Below, piece after piece: positions 1 through 11,212 of a stretch of DNA of 64,000 bases. The notes under the pieces were generated by a model. That model saw only the letters and a program-made list of their open reading frames with translations, ran no database searches and had not been told where the DNA came from. The position numbers were made by a program, and so were the translations under genes. Where the stretch lies: the NCBI RefSeq assembly GCF_036321535.1, contig NC_087436.1:98520001-98584000 (forward strand), written 5' to 3'. Numbering within the stretch: position 1 is the first letter of the stretch; the number at the start of each line of letters is the position of its first letter. The stretch comes from Camelus dromedarius (taxonomy: Eukaryota).

Positions 1-153
1 CCCTCTTTCTCCCTTTTTTTTAAAATTCTTTCTCTCTCATTTTTTTTTTTCTTTTTTTCCTAAGTTCTATTCCCAAATAGGCATCAGATAGATAAAATCC
101 TTAAGGACCAAAATAAACAACTGATACTCCATAAACCACAGTGCCAAAGAGGT

Positions 154-1058
154 ATGAGCAAGATGAAGAAGCAGAGAAACCTTTCCCAATTAAAAGAACA
201 AGAGAAATCCCCTGAAAGAAAGATCAACGAAATAGACATCGATAGCCTATTAGATCAAGATTTCAAAAAAGGAGTCATCTAATTGCTGAAGGAATTAAAA
301 GAGATAGTGTTTAGAGATATAAAATATGTCAAAAATGAAATTGAAGCTATAAAGAAGAGCCAAGTAGAATGGGTAAACTCATTGACAGAGATGAGGAATG
401 ATCTAATAGCTGTGCAAAGCCGACTAGATAATGCAGAGGAACGAATTAGTGATCTAGAAGACAGGGCAATAGAAATCACCCATTCAGAAGAACTACAAGA
501 GAAGCAAATAAAAAATAATGAAAATAGCATAAGGGACCTATGGGATAATATAAAGCCTCCCAATCTTTGCATAATAGGGGTCCCAGAAGGAGAAGAAAGA
601 TCAAAGGGGATTGAAAAGGTTTTTGAAGAAATCATGACTGAAAACTTCCCAAACCTAAAGAAGGAATCAGATATCCAAGTACAGGAAGCTCAGAGGGTCC
701 CAAACAGGAAGAACCCAAATAGACCCACACCAAGACATATCATAATCAAGATGGCCAGAGTCAAGGATAAAGAAATGATTCTAAAGGCAGCAAGAGAAAA
801 GCAAAGAGTAAGTTACAAGGGAACCCCCATAAGGCTCTCAGCTGATTTCTCTACACAAACACTACAGACCAGAAGGGAGTGGCAAGATATATTCAAAGCC
901 CTGAATGAAAAAAAGATGCAGCCTAGGATCCTTTATCCAGCAAGTCTATCCTTGAGGACAGAAGGAGAAATAAAGAGTTTCACAGACAAAAAAAAAAGCT
1001 GCAGGAGTTTAGCAACACTAAACCCATGCTAAAAGAAATATTGAAAGGGCTATTCTAA
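154..1058 (+). pseudogene. L1 ORF1p (coiled coil, RRM and CTD; RNA chaperone), disrupted
   Basis: ATG at 154 (MSKMKKQRNLSQ) is in frame with the 283-1032 ORF across TAA at 280-282. ORF1p motifs NLCIIGVPEGEE, RPTPRHIIIK, PIRLSADFS, REW and YPA are present. An A10 run at 988-997 shifts frame away from the C-terminus KLQEFSNTKPMLKEILKGLF* (TAA 1056-1058). Confidence 0.93.
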
Positions 1059-1462
1059 ATAGAAAAGCAGCAGGATGCTACAGAAATGAGAAACATACAA
1101 CTGGAAAGGTGATAACTCATGAATTACAAATAAAGTAAACAAGAAATTATAAAAGAAGACATACAGATCACTGAGAGTGGGAGAGGGAGGCAGGGAAATA
1201 TAGAATATTTTTTTCTTTCTTTTTTAAATTTTGTTAACAGTAGGATGGGTTTGAGATCATGTTACTATCAGTTTAATAAAAACAGTTATAGTAATGGGTT
1301 GACAGATTTACAAAAAAGGGTAACCACCAGCCAAAAATTTACAAAGGAGTCACAAAAATTAAATAAAATCCATGATAATACAAAGGAAAATTACCAAACC
1401 ACAAAAGGAAGAAGAAAGGAACAAAGAGGATATACCAATTCAACTGCAAAGATAAGTTCAAA

Positions 1463-4400
1463 ATGGCAATAAACACACATCTATCATTAATTACTGTAAA
1501 TGTTAATGGACTAAATGCTCCAGTCAAAAGACACAGAGTGGCAGACTGGATAATAAAGCAAGAACCTTCAATATGCTGCATACAAGAGACCCACTTTAGG
1601 GAGAAGGACACATATAGATTGAGAGTGAAAGGATGGAAAAGGATATTCCATGCAAATGGAAAAGCCAAAAAAGCAGGTGTTGCAGTACTGATTTCAGACA
1701 AAATAGACTTTAAAACAAAGGCCATAAAGAAAGATAAAGAAGAACATTTTATAATGATTAAAGGAGTGATACAAGATGAGGATATTACACGCGTTAATAT
1801 ATATGCACCCAATATAGGAGCACCTAAGTACATACAAGTATTACTAACAGAGATAAAGGGGGATATTGATGGGAATACAATCATAGTTGGAGATTTTAAC
1901 ACTGCATTAACATCACTAGACAGATCTTCCAGACAGAAAATAAACAAGGCAACAGAGAAATTAAATACTACAATAGAAAAACTAGATTTGGTGGATATTT
2001 TCAGAGCATTACACCCCCCAAAAATAGGATATACATTCTTTTCAAGTGCACATGGAACATTTTCCAGGATCGATCATGTACTTGGGCACAAAAGAAACCT
2101 CAACAATTTTAAGAAGATAGAAATTATCTCAAGCATCTTTACTGACCACAATGCCATGAAACTGGAAATCAACAACAGAGAAAAAAAGGAGAAAAAAAGG
2201 AAAGCATGGATATTAAACAATATGTTATTGAAAAAACAATGGATCAATGAGGAAATCAAAGCTGAAATTAAAAAATACCTTGAGACAAATGATAATGAAA
2301 GCACAACCACTCAAAACCTATGGGACACAGCAAAGGCAGTGCTAAGAGGGAAGTTTATAGCGATACAGGCCTTCCTCAAAAAAGAAGAACAATCTCAAAT
2401 AAACAATTTAAGCCATCACCTGAATGAATTAGAAAAAGAAGAACAAAAAGCCCCAAAAAGCAGCAGAAGGAAGGAAATAATAAAGATCAGAGAGGAATTA
2501 AATACAATAGAGATTAACAAGACCATAGAAAAAAATCAACCAAACCAAAAGCTGGTTTTTTGAAAAAGTAAATAAAATCGACAAACCTCTGGCCAAACTC
2601 ACAAAGAAGAAAAAAGAGAGAGCACAAATTAGCAAAATAAGAAAGGAAAATGGAGAAATTACAACAAACAAAATAGAAATACAGAATATCATACGAGAAT
2701 ATTATGAAAAACTATATGGAACCAAACTGGATAACCTAGAGGAGATGGACAAGTTTCTGGAAACATACTGTCCACCAAAACTGAATCAAGAAGAATCTGA
2801 ACACTTGAACAATCCGATCACTAGAAAGGAAATAGAAATAGCAATTAAAAACCTCCCTACAAATACAAGTCCAGGGCCAGATGGCTTCACCGGGGAATTC
2901 TACCAAACATACAAAGAAGAACTCATACCAGTCCTTCTCAAACTCTTCCAGATGATTGAAAAGGAGGGAATACTCCCAAACTCATTCTATGAAGCCACCA
3001 TCACCCTGATACCAAAACCAGGCAAAGACACTACAAAAAAAGAGAATTATAGGCCAATATCACTGATGAACATAGACGCCAAAAACCTCACCAAAATTTT
3101 AGCAAATAGAATCCAACAACACATAAAAAAGATTATACATCATGACCAAGTGGGGTTCATCCCAGGGACACAAGGCTGGTTCAACATATGCAAATCAATC
3201 AGTGTAATACATCACATCAACAAGAGAAAGGACAAAAACCACATGATCATCTCAATCGATGCAGAAAAAGCATTTGATAAAATTCAACACCCATTTATGA
3301 TAAAAACTCTCGCCAAAGTGGGTATAGAGGGAACATATCTCAACATAATAAAAGCTATATATGACAAACCTACAGCCAGCATAGTACTCAACGGTGAAAA
3401 ACTCAAAAGCTTCCCACTAAAATCTGGGACAAGACAAGGATGCCCACTATCACCACTCCTATTCAACATAGTCCTGGAAGTCCTAGCCACAGCAGTCAGG
3501 CAAGAGAAAGAAATAAAAGGGATCCAAATTGGAAAAGAAGAGGTAAAAGTGTCATTATATGCTGATGACATGTTACTATATATAGAAAACCCTAAAAGGT
3601 CCACACAAAAGCTACTAGAGCTGATTGAAGAATTCAGCAAGGTAGCAGGTTACAAAATTAACGTTCAAAAATCAGTTGCATTTCTTTACACTAACGATAA
3701 ATCAACAGAAGAAGAAAGTAAAGAAACAATCCCCTTTAAAATAGCACCCAAAGTAATAAAATATCTGGGAATAAATCTAACCAAGGAGGTGAAAGAATTA
3801 TACACAGAAAACTATAAACCATTGATGAAGGAAATTAAAGAAGACTTTAAAAAATGGAAAGATATTCCATGCTCTTGGATTGGAAGAATCAATATTGTTA
3901 AAATGGTCACACTGCCCAAGGCAATCTACAGATTTAATACAGTCCCTATCCAATTACCCAGGACATATTTCACAGAACTAGAAAAAATCATAATAAAATT
4001 CATATGGAACCATCAAAGACCTAGAATTGCCAAAGCATTACTGAAGAGAAAGAAAGAAGCTGGAGGAATAACTCTCCCAGACTTCAGACAATACTATAGA
4101 GCTACAGTCATCAAGACAGCATGGTATTGGTACCAAAACAGACATATAGACCAATGGAACAGAATAGAGAGCCCAGAAATGAACCCACAAACTTTTGGTC
4201 AACTCATCTTTGACAAAGGAGGCAAGAATATACATTGGAATAAAGACAGTCTCTTCAGCAAATGGTGTTGGGAAAACTGGACAGCAGCATGTAAAACAAT
4301 GAAGCTAGAACACTCCCTTACACCATATACAAAAATCAACTCAAAATGGATTAAAGACTTAAACATAAGACAAGATACAATAAACCTCCTAGAGGAAAAC

Positions 4401-5261
4401 ATAGGCAAAACATTATCTGACATACATTTAAAAATTTTTCTCCTAGAAGAAATAAAAGCAAGAATAAACAAATGGGACCTAATGAAACTTACAAGCTTCT
4501 GCACAGCAAAGGAAACCAGAAATAAAACAAGAAGAAAACCTACGGAATGGGAGAAAATTTTTGCAAGTGAAACCGACAAAGGCTTGATCTCCAGAATATA
4601 TAAGCAGCTCATACGACTCAATAAGAAAAAAATAAACAACCCAATCCAAAAATGGGCTGAAGACCTAAACAAGCAATTCTCCAAGGAAGACATACACATG
4701 ATCAAAAAGCACATGAAACAATGCTCAATATCACTAATTATCAGAGAAATGCAAATCAAAACTGCAATGAGGTATCACCTCACACCAGTCAGAATGGCCG
4801 TCATTCAAAAATCCACAAATGACAAATGCTGGAGAGGCTGTGGAGAAAGGGGAACCCTCCTACACTGCTGGTGGGAATGCAGTTTGGTGCAGCCACTATG
4901 GAAAACAGTATGGAGATGCCTCAAAAGACTAGGAATAGACTTACCATATGACCCAGGAATCCCACTCCTGGGCTTGTATCCAGAAGGAAATCTACTTCAG
5001 GATGACACCTGCACCCCAATGTTCATAGCAGCACTATTTACAATAGCCAAAACATGGAAACAGCCTAAATGTCCATCAACAGGTGACTGGATAAAGAAGA
5101 GGTGGTATATTTATACAATGGAATACTACTCAGCCATAAAAACCGACAACATAATGCCATTTGCAGCAACATGGATGCTCCTGGAGAATGTCATTCTAAG
5201 TGAAGTAAGCCAGAAAGAGAAAGAAAAATACCATATGAGATCGCTCACATGTGGAATCTAA
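1463..5261 (+). pseudogene. L1 ORF2p (APE endonuclease, reverse transcriptase, Cys-rich domain) with a single +1 frameshift
   Basis: EN motifs NVNGL, QET, VGDFN, SRIDH, TDHN. A7 at 2529-2535 (A6 would be in frame) splits the ORF, and the shifted frame is open from 2535 to 5261. RT motifs [40 protein letters not shown]. Zinc knuckle [18 protein letters not shown]. Confidence 0.96.
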
Positions 5262-5357
5262 AAAACAAAAACAAAAACAAACAAACAAACAAAAACAAAG
5301 CATAAATAAAGGACAGAAATAGACTCACAGACAGAGAATACAGACTTGTGGTTACCA

Positions 5358-5379
5358 GGGGGGTGGAGGGTGGGAAGGG
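5358..5379 (+). other. G-quadruplex-forming G-rich tract of the L1 3' UTR
   Basis: GGGGGG-TGGA-GGG-T-GGG-AA-GGG has four G3+ runs with short loops. Confidence 0.7.
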
Positions 5380-5874
5380 ATAGACTGGGGTTTCAAAATT
5401 GTAGAATAGACTACACTGTATAGCACAGGGAAATATACACAAAATGTTATGATAACTCACAGAGAAAAAAATGTGACAATGAGTGTGTATATGTCCATGA
5501 ATAACTGAAAAATTGTGCTGAACACTGGTAAAAATAAAAAAATAAAATAAAAAAAAGGAAATTTCTCACTTTCAAAGTCTTAAAACCCTTACATACTTTG
5601 CTATAAATTGCTTTTTTCACTGACCAAAATAGCAAGGAAATGTTTCCATAGCATTAAACAGACACTTAAATGCCATCATAGGTAGACCAGATGCACAATA
5701 CTTCTTTGATGAGTTTTTAGTATTGCCTATCCTTTCAATTTTACAATTATAAATTATGCTACAATTCTATCTGTGCAGGTAAATTTTGAGACTATGTTAT
5801 TTTAAATCAGTCATAGAGGCAAAATTGTAGCCTCAAGGAAAATGTACTTATTTATCATTTTGATTCATATTTTT

Positions 5875-6580
5875 ATTCATTCACTTTCATTAATTTATTC
5901 AAAAATACTTACCAAATATTTACTATAGGTTAACCATTGCTGTAGCCATTGGAGACACAACAAACAATAGATGATGTTCACATTTGCCTGGAGTCTTCAT
6001 TCCAGTTAGACAAAAAATAAATGAGTAAAAAAAATTGACTTATCATTTGTAAAACAGAGATAAGTGCTCTGGAAAAAAAAAAATGAATGATGGCAAATTT
6101 GCTATTTTATACAGGTGGTCAGGGAAGCCCTCCCAGATAGAAAACATTTGAGCTTTCACTTGAAGGATAGGAGAGAGGGAGCCATAAGGATGGATATCTG
6201 AGAGAACTGTGCTCCAGAGATAAGGAAACGGCAACGTAAAAGCTCTGAGCCAGGGGGATGTGTTATATTTGAAGATGAAGGCAGTCAATCAACTGGGGTT
6301 GATTTAGCATAAGAAGAGTGGTAGGAGATAAGGTGAGCAAGGTAGTGGGGAATCAGATTGTGTTGGGGGTTGTTGGTCACTGAAAGGATTTGTACTCTGA
6401 GTAACATGATTGGTGGGAGGGTTTAGCTCAATGGTAGGGTGTGTGCTTAGCGTACACAAGGTCCTGGATTCAACCCCGAGGACCTCCATGAAAATGAATA
6501 AATAAATAAACCTAATTACCTCCCCCCAATTTTTTTTTAATTAAAAAAAAAAAGAATAGCATGATCTACCTTAGAATACT
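5875..6580 (-). mobile_element. Degraded L2 LINE 3' portion, interrupted by a SINE
   Basis: Starts ttcattcactttcattaatttattcaaaaatactt...tactat...ggagacaca, resembling the antisense L2 3' end. Continues with aggtggtcagggaagccctc...catttgag. Confidence 0.65.
6411..6553 (+). mobile_element. tRNA-derived SINE (camelid Vic-1-like)
   Basis: Pol III A box TAGCTCAATGG and B box GGATTCAACCCC, then an AT-rich middle, CCTAATTACCTCCCCCC and an A tail. Degenerate TSD gagtaacatgat (6399-6410) / gaatagcatgat (6554-6565). Confidence 0.88.
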
Positions 6581-6649
6581 AATTAAATTTCCTATTAACA
6601 TATGTAAGAAGCCCCATGTATTTGAACCATTTCTAATGTTGATTTGTTG

Positions 6650-7190
6650 ATTATATCATTTGAGGTTCAACCAGAGAAGCAGAGACAGAAGGATATGTGT
6701 GTGTGTGTGCTTGTGTATAGGCATATGTGTGTTTGTCTTTTTGTTTCATATATATATTTATGTGTGTATATATAATTGATTTATTAAAAGGAAGAGAGGG
6801 TCAGGAACATGTTGGAACCCTTTCAACACAACCTGGGATCCTCAGAGGACAAATTGAAGTTCCTCTCTGTTCTTGGTTCCTCTAACCTTTGTAAAGGTTA
6901 TTCTGCAGAAGCAAGGGCCCTTTGTCAAGTTGAGAAACATCCACATCTGGCCCAGGAGTCAGGAAAACTGAAAAAAGAATTGAGGGAAGGTAAAGCAATT
7001 GCCACCCAGATGTTGCTTTATGCCAGCAACATTGTCAGCAAATCAAGAGCAACATGTACCAATTATAAAATCGATGGCTTCCTTCTTTCGACCTTCCCCA
7101 AGAATCTCCTGTGGCCCACCTCTACTAGAAACATACAAGATAGATACTTCTGATGATGTATTTAGCCCAGCTATGTCGGCACATTACAAA
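6650..7190 (-). mobile_element. MLT2-like ERV-L LTR, degraded, containing a TG/TA microsatellite
   Basis: ggttcaaccagagaagcagagacag...(TG/TA)n...gatttattaaaaggaa resembles the antisense 3' end of MLT2. The right boundary is approximate. Confidence 0.6.
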
Positions 7191-7288
7191 ACTGTCAAAC
7201 ACGTTGTCCATTCATTTTTGTATCCTTTTGTTTATTTAACAAATATTTATTAAAAATCTATATTTTTGTCAGCTGCATGATAGATTAT

Positions 7289-7370
7289 TGTCACAAACTG
7301 GGTTTTTGAAATACAGATACTGAGACAGAGTTTCCAGGGTAAGATGTTTATTAGTGATCAGCTTCTGTGA
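7289..7370 (-). mobile_element. LTR16-like LTR 3'-end fragment
   Basis: tgtcacaaactgggtttttgaaatacagatactgagacagagttt...gatgtttattagtgatca is homologous to the start of the LTR at 45610. Confidence 0.6.
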
Positions 7371-8620
7371 TTTTCCCATTGGAGTTTCGTATAAAATGCA
7401 AATGGCATCTTCTCCCACAGCTTAGGCTTCACCAGATCTTATGGTCCAAGCAGTAGGGCTACTTGCACTACAGCCTGGACATGTGACAGAGCCGTTGCAT
7501 GCTCTGTGCTCAGTTCAAAGTTAGCTGCCTTTCGCATTGCCTGGTTTCCGAGTCAGAACATTCTTTGCTGTGGAATAGGCTGCTTTTAGAAGCCAAAGTG
7601 GCCCTCCAGGCTTTGTGCTTCCTTTGGTTGCGTTGAAAGATGGAAACATTTGTCTTTAACTTTGCAGGGGATATCGCCACACACACCTGGCCACTAGACC
7701 CCTAACAATTTTACAAGTTGGGCTAGCCCCTCAATTGTTCTAGAGTTAATTTCCCAATCTCTGGAACTCAGGCGTCTTACAAAGGCCTCCTCCATCTTAA
7801 CCACTTCTTCATTCAGCCTGATGAATACAGTATCATTAACATAGGAGATGGAATCACTGGCGACTTTTGAGGACATTTAGAGTTCAGATGTCTGCAGACT
7901 GTGTTATGACAGAGGGCAAGAGAGTTAACCAGACCTGTAGCAAAGCTGTAAATATCTGTTTCTTCCTATGGCATGTAAATGCAAATAATTTCCCATTCAC
8001 TTTTTTGATTGGGAGGGAAAAGAAAGCATTTTCCTAATCAGTGAACATATGCCATGTATCTGCAGTCGTACTGATTTTCTCTAGTAAAGACACCATGTCT
8101 GGCACATAGTGTGTAATTAGAGCTACTGGGTTACTACTTGGTTGACTTTGCAGTAGTCTATAGTCATTCACTAGTGCCCATATAATTTCAACTGCAGCTA
8201 GACTGTTGTCTCAGACTCTTTGGGCTGCTATAATAAGATACTGAAGACGGGATAGCTTATAAACAAGAAAAATTTATTTCTCACATTGTGGAGCCTGGGT
8301 AGTCCCAGATCAAGGTGCCTGCATGATCACATTCTGATAAAGGCGCTGTTTTTGGTTCATAGCTAACACCTTCTTGCTGTGTCCTTTCATGATGGAAGGG
8401 GTTGGAGATCTTTCTAGAACTTCTTTTATAAAGACATCATCATTCATGAGAGTTCTGCCCTCATGACCTAAGCTCCTTCCAAAAGTCCACCTCTGAATAC
8501 CATCGTCTTTGGGGATTATGAGTTCAACGTATGAATTTGGGAGGGACAAAAACATTCAGACTGTATTACTGTTGAATTAAATGGAGATATATCTTGCAGG
8601 GTTGGTCATCTATCATTGTT
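7371..8620 (-). pseudogene. ERV-L (class III) pol reverse transcriptase relic, interrupted by an MLT1A LTR
   Basis: Minus-strand translation gives SPFNS, MTIDYCKVNQVV, VPDMVSLLEKI, ENAFFS, YVND (YIDD-like) and RDWEINSRTIEGLAQLVKLLGV*WPGVCGDIPCKVKDK. These match ERV-L RT ([38 protein letters not shown]). Several stops and frameshifts. Confidence 0.88.
8207..8567 (-). mobile_element. MLT1A-type MaLR solo LTR
   Basis: tgtctcag...tttgggctgctataa...aatttatttctcaca...tcaaggtgcc...gccctcatgaccta...atgaatttgggagggac...aacattcag. TSD ACTGT at 8202-8206 and 8568-8572. Confidence 0.88.
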
Positions 8621-8999
8621 CTTTTTTTCAGACTTTTCTTATTTATTCTTGACTTTGAAATATTTAATAGAAACTATAGGATCTGCTTCTATACTTACCA
8701 GAATCCCTGTAGTTATTTTATTGTTTTTTTTCAAGTTATAGAATAACTTATAGGAAACTTACATCTGTAATATTCATCTCGAAAATCATGTGTGTCTATA
8801 TTTAAGTCTATGTTTTTCTCCCTTAGTAGAATTTTAAAGATTTTCTAGATTTTACACCTTTTTTTGGTTAGTTTTATCACCATGTATTATTTTGCTTGTT
8901 ATTGCAAATAGCATCCTTTATCTCATTGTACTTATACTTTGGTGATTATCAGTGTATATGAAGCTATGACAAACTGAGAAAATGTAACATAATAAAAAT

Positions 9000-9780
9000 A
9001 CTACAAGTCAGAAAGATAAATACCAAAAATGCAATAGAAAAATGGAAGCTCCATAAGTGCAGGAGTTTTTATCTGTCTGACTTACTGATACATCTTCAGC
9101 ACCTGCAAGAGGACATATACATAGTAGTTCCTCAGTAAGTAAAAGCTAAAGAAGAAATAACTTTGCAGATGAGTGACATGAATAATAAGTGAAAATTTTG
9201 TAAACATATGAAGAGATGTTAAAACTCATTTATCATAAGGTAAATGCAAGTTAAACTAGAGTTATACAGTGTTTTTCACCTGTGAGTTTAGCTTGGTTAA
9301 AAAGATTAAAAACACACTGGACTAAAAATGATTCTAGTAATAAAGGTCTTTCATATTTTGCAGTGTATGTATGTGCATTGATTTTATTAGCTAACTAAAT
9401 ATTGGAAACATTTTAAATGCCCAAACTAAAATGTCTAAACATATAGATATATAAGGGGCTGGCTTATTAAATTTAGATGCATCCATTCAATGGGGTATTA
9501 TTCAACCATTAATGCAAAAAGTGTGTGTGCATGTGCTAGGGTGTGTATGTATACAAGTGTGTATATGTAAAAATGTATGTAATATATATATATACCCGAG
9601 TCCAAAATGAATTGTCAAGTAAAGAAACCATAGTGCAGAACAATACATATAGTATTCTTTGAATGGTATAAATATATTAACTGCCAAATATAAGTAAAAT
9701 AATTTAATTATCATATGTCACATAGTCTTATACTAATATATGACTTCTACTCTTAGTTGTCCTAAATGAGTTAATGTAGA
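9000..9780 (+). mobile_element. Ancient L1M ORF2 3' end/3' UTR fragment, with a short L2 piece at ~9050-9150
   Basis: aatagaaaaatgg, aaacatatgaagagatgtt...taaatgcaagttaaac and catccattcaatggggtattattcaaccattaa resemble the L1 3' end. Confidence 0.55.
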
Positions 9781-9919
9781 ATTTTATAAAATATTTCCTT
9801 TCTGACATCAGTTGAGATTATAATAAATTATATAAATGTCCATTTATACTCAAATCATTCAAATGCATTTCAGTTTATTTTTTAGCTATTAGTTATATCA
9901 AATCTCTCATACTTCTTTT

Positions 9920-10190
9920 TGAGGTGTTTACCATGTGCCAGCTATTCCACAATGTTCTTTAAATGTAGTAACTCAGTTAATTCAGACAAGAGCAATGTGT
10001 TGTTGTTGTCATTGTTGTTGTTGTTGTTGTTGTTGTTTGTTTTTACTATCACTTTCATTTTACAGGTGAAGGAAACTAAGAGACAGAGAATTTGAGAAAT
10101 TCGTTGAGCTAATAAGAGGTTGAATTAGAAACAGAACTTGAGTTTGGGGCCATCAGAGCTGTCTGTCTCTTCCATTTGCTAACCTATTGC
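9920..10190 (-). mobile_element. MIR SINE containing a (GTT)n microsatellite (~9998-10037)
   Basis: ttaccatgtgccag...cattttacaggtgaaggaaactaagagacagaga is a MIR core. Confidence 0.75.
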
Positions 10191-11212
10191 TTGCTGAACC
10201 TCTAAGAATTTAACTTGGCCCAGGGAGCTGGGTCACTTCTCCAAGATATAGTAGAGCTAACAGGCTGCAAATTCACCTTCCCCCAACCCTGAATTACAAA
10301 TTATTTAGGAAAAAATGATTACCATCCTTTCTTTTTCTTTGTCTTGAACTTTATGCATAGTAGTAGTTTGCTGTGAGGCAATAGAAGAAAAAAAATTGAT
10401 GGGCTCAGGTTTTATTTGATTTGTGCTCATATTTCTCACTTCACTTCTACGAAAGTCTATTCCTTAGAGAATATTATTATTATTCAAATACTTATTAGTT
10501 CTTTGAGATGACTTTCTTAAATTTGACAAGCTCCTGCATTCAGCCAAGAGAGGGGCTGAATGAATGAATCAAAACTTTAGGTAATTCACAACTTAAGGTC
10601 AAATGAAAAATTGTATTAATCTTACATAATGTCTACTTAAAAATAAATAACAAGAAAAAAATTTGTGATTAAAATATTTTAATTCAATTATGCTGGTAAG
10701 CCAAAACCTTAGAAAGGAGTTGTAAAATTCTTGGTAAGAGTAGAGGGACTAAATATTAATCTCTTAAATAAACGTTTTTGTATTATGTTTGGGAAAGAAT
10801 TGAAAATCATGATTTCACCCACACTGAAATTTCACCTATTTGATTTAAAGTTTTTGTCGACAGTAAGTTGTAAAAAGTCTTTAACTATTATTAAATACAT
10901 ATGTGTACGGAAGGACCAAAATTCCTGAAAAATAACTGTTCATTTCTGCCTGTGTCACTTCTGCAAGTTATTGGAACAGAACATAAAAGTTTCACTGACA
11001 AGAAAGTTTATATTTGAACTCAAATGTTTTCCACATAGAAAAGAGAAAAAGGGATATCTACTCATTATCAGTGCATCTTTTATTTAACTAAGCACAATAA
11101 TATGAATCATTTATTATGAATTTGATTTTATTTCTCATTCATATGTATTAAAATATTATGTTGATTATTTTTGAAATTATGTTATAGGTAGTTACAATTA
11201 TCTATACCTTTC

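Larger units (their letters stand above)
1..5556 (+). mobile_element. Young LINE-1 retrotransposon, near full length (5' UTR continues upstream of the window)
   Basis: T-rich 5' UTR end, ORF1, ~400-nt spacer, ORF2 (EN-RT-CCHC), 3' UTR with a G-rich tract, and an A-rich tail at ~5530-5556. Confidence 0.98.

Noticed and set aside
279..5460. Antisense ORFs (279-635, 1339-1947, 3284-3640, 4199-4759 and others)
   Set aside because: They are shadows of A-rich L1 coding sequence, which yields hydrophobic F/L/I/S-rich antisense frames. Not independent genes.
6411..6490. tRNA gene (also 38582-38660)
   Set aside because: The stems are degenerate, and a SINE body, A tail and TSDs follow.
6809..7253. 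114-aa and 84-aa ORFs
   Set aside because: They lie in LTR-derived sequence and show no recognisable protein motifs.
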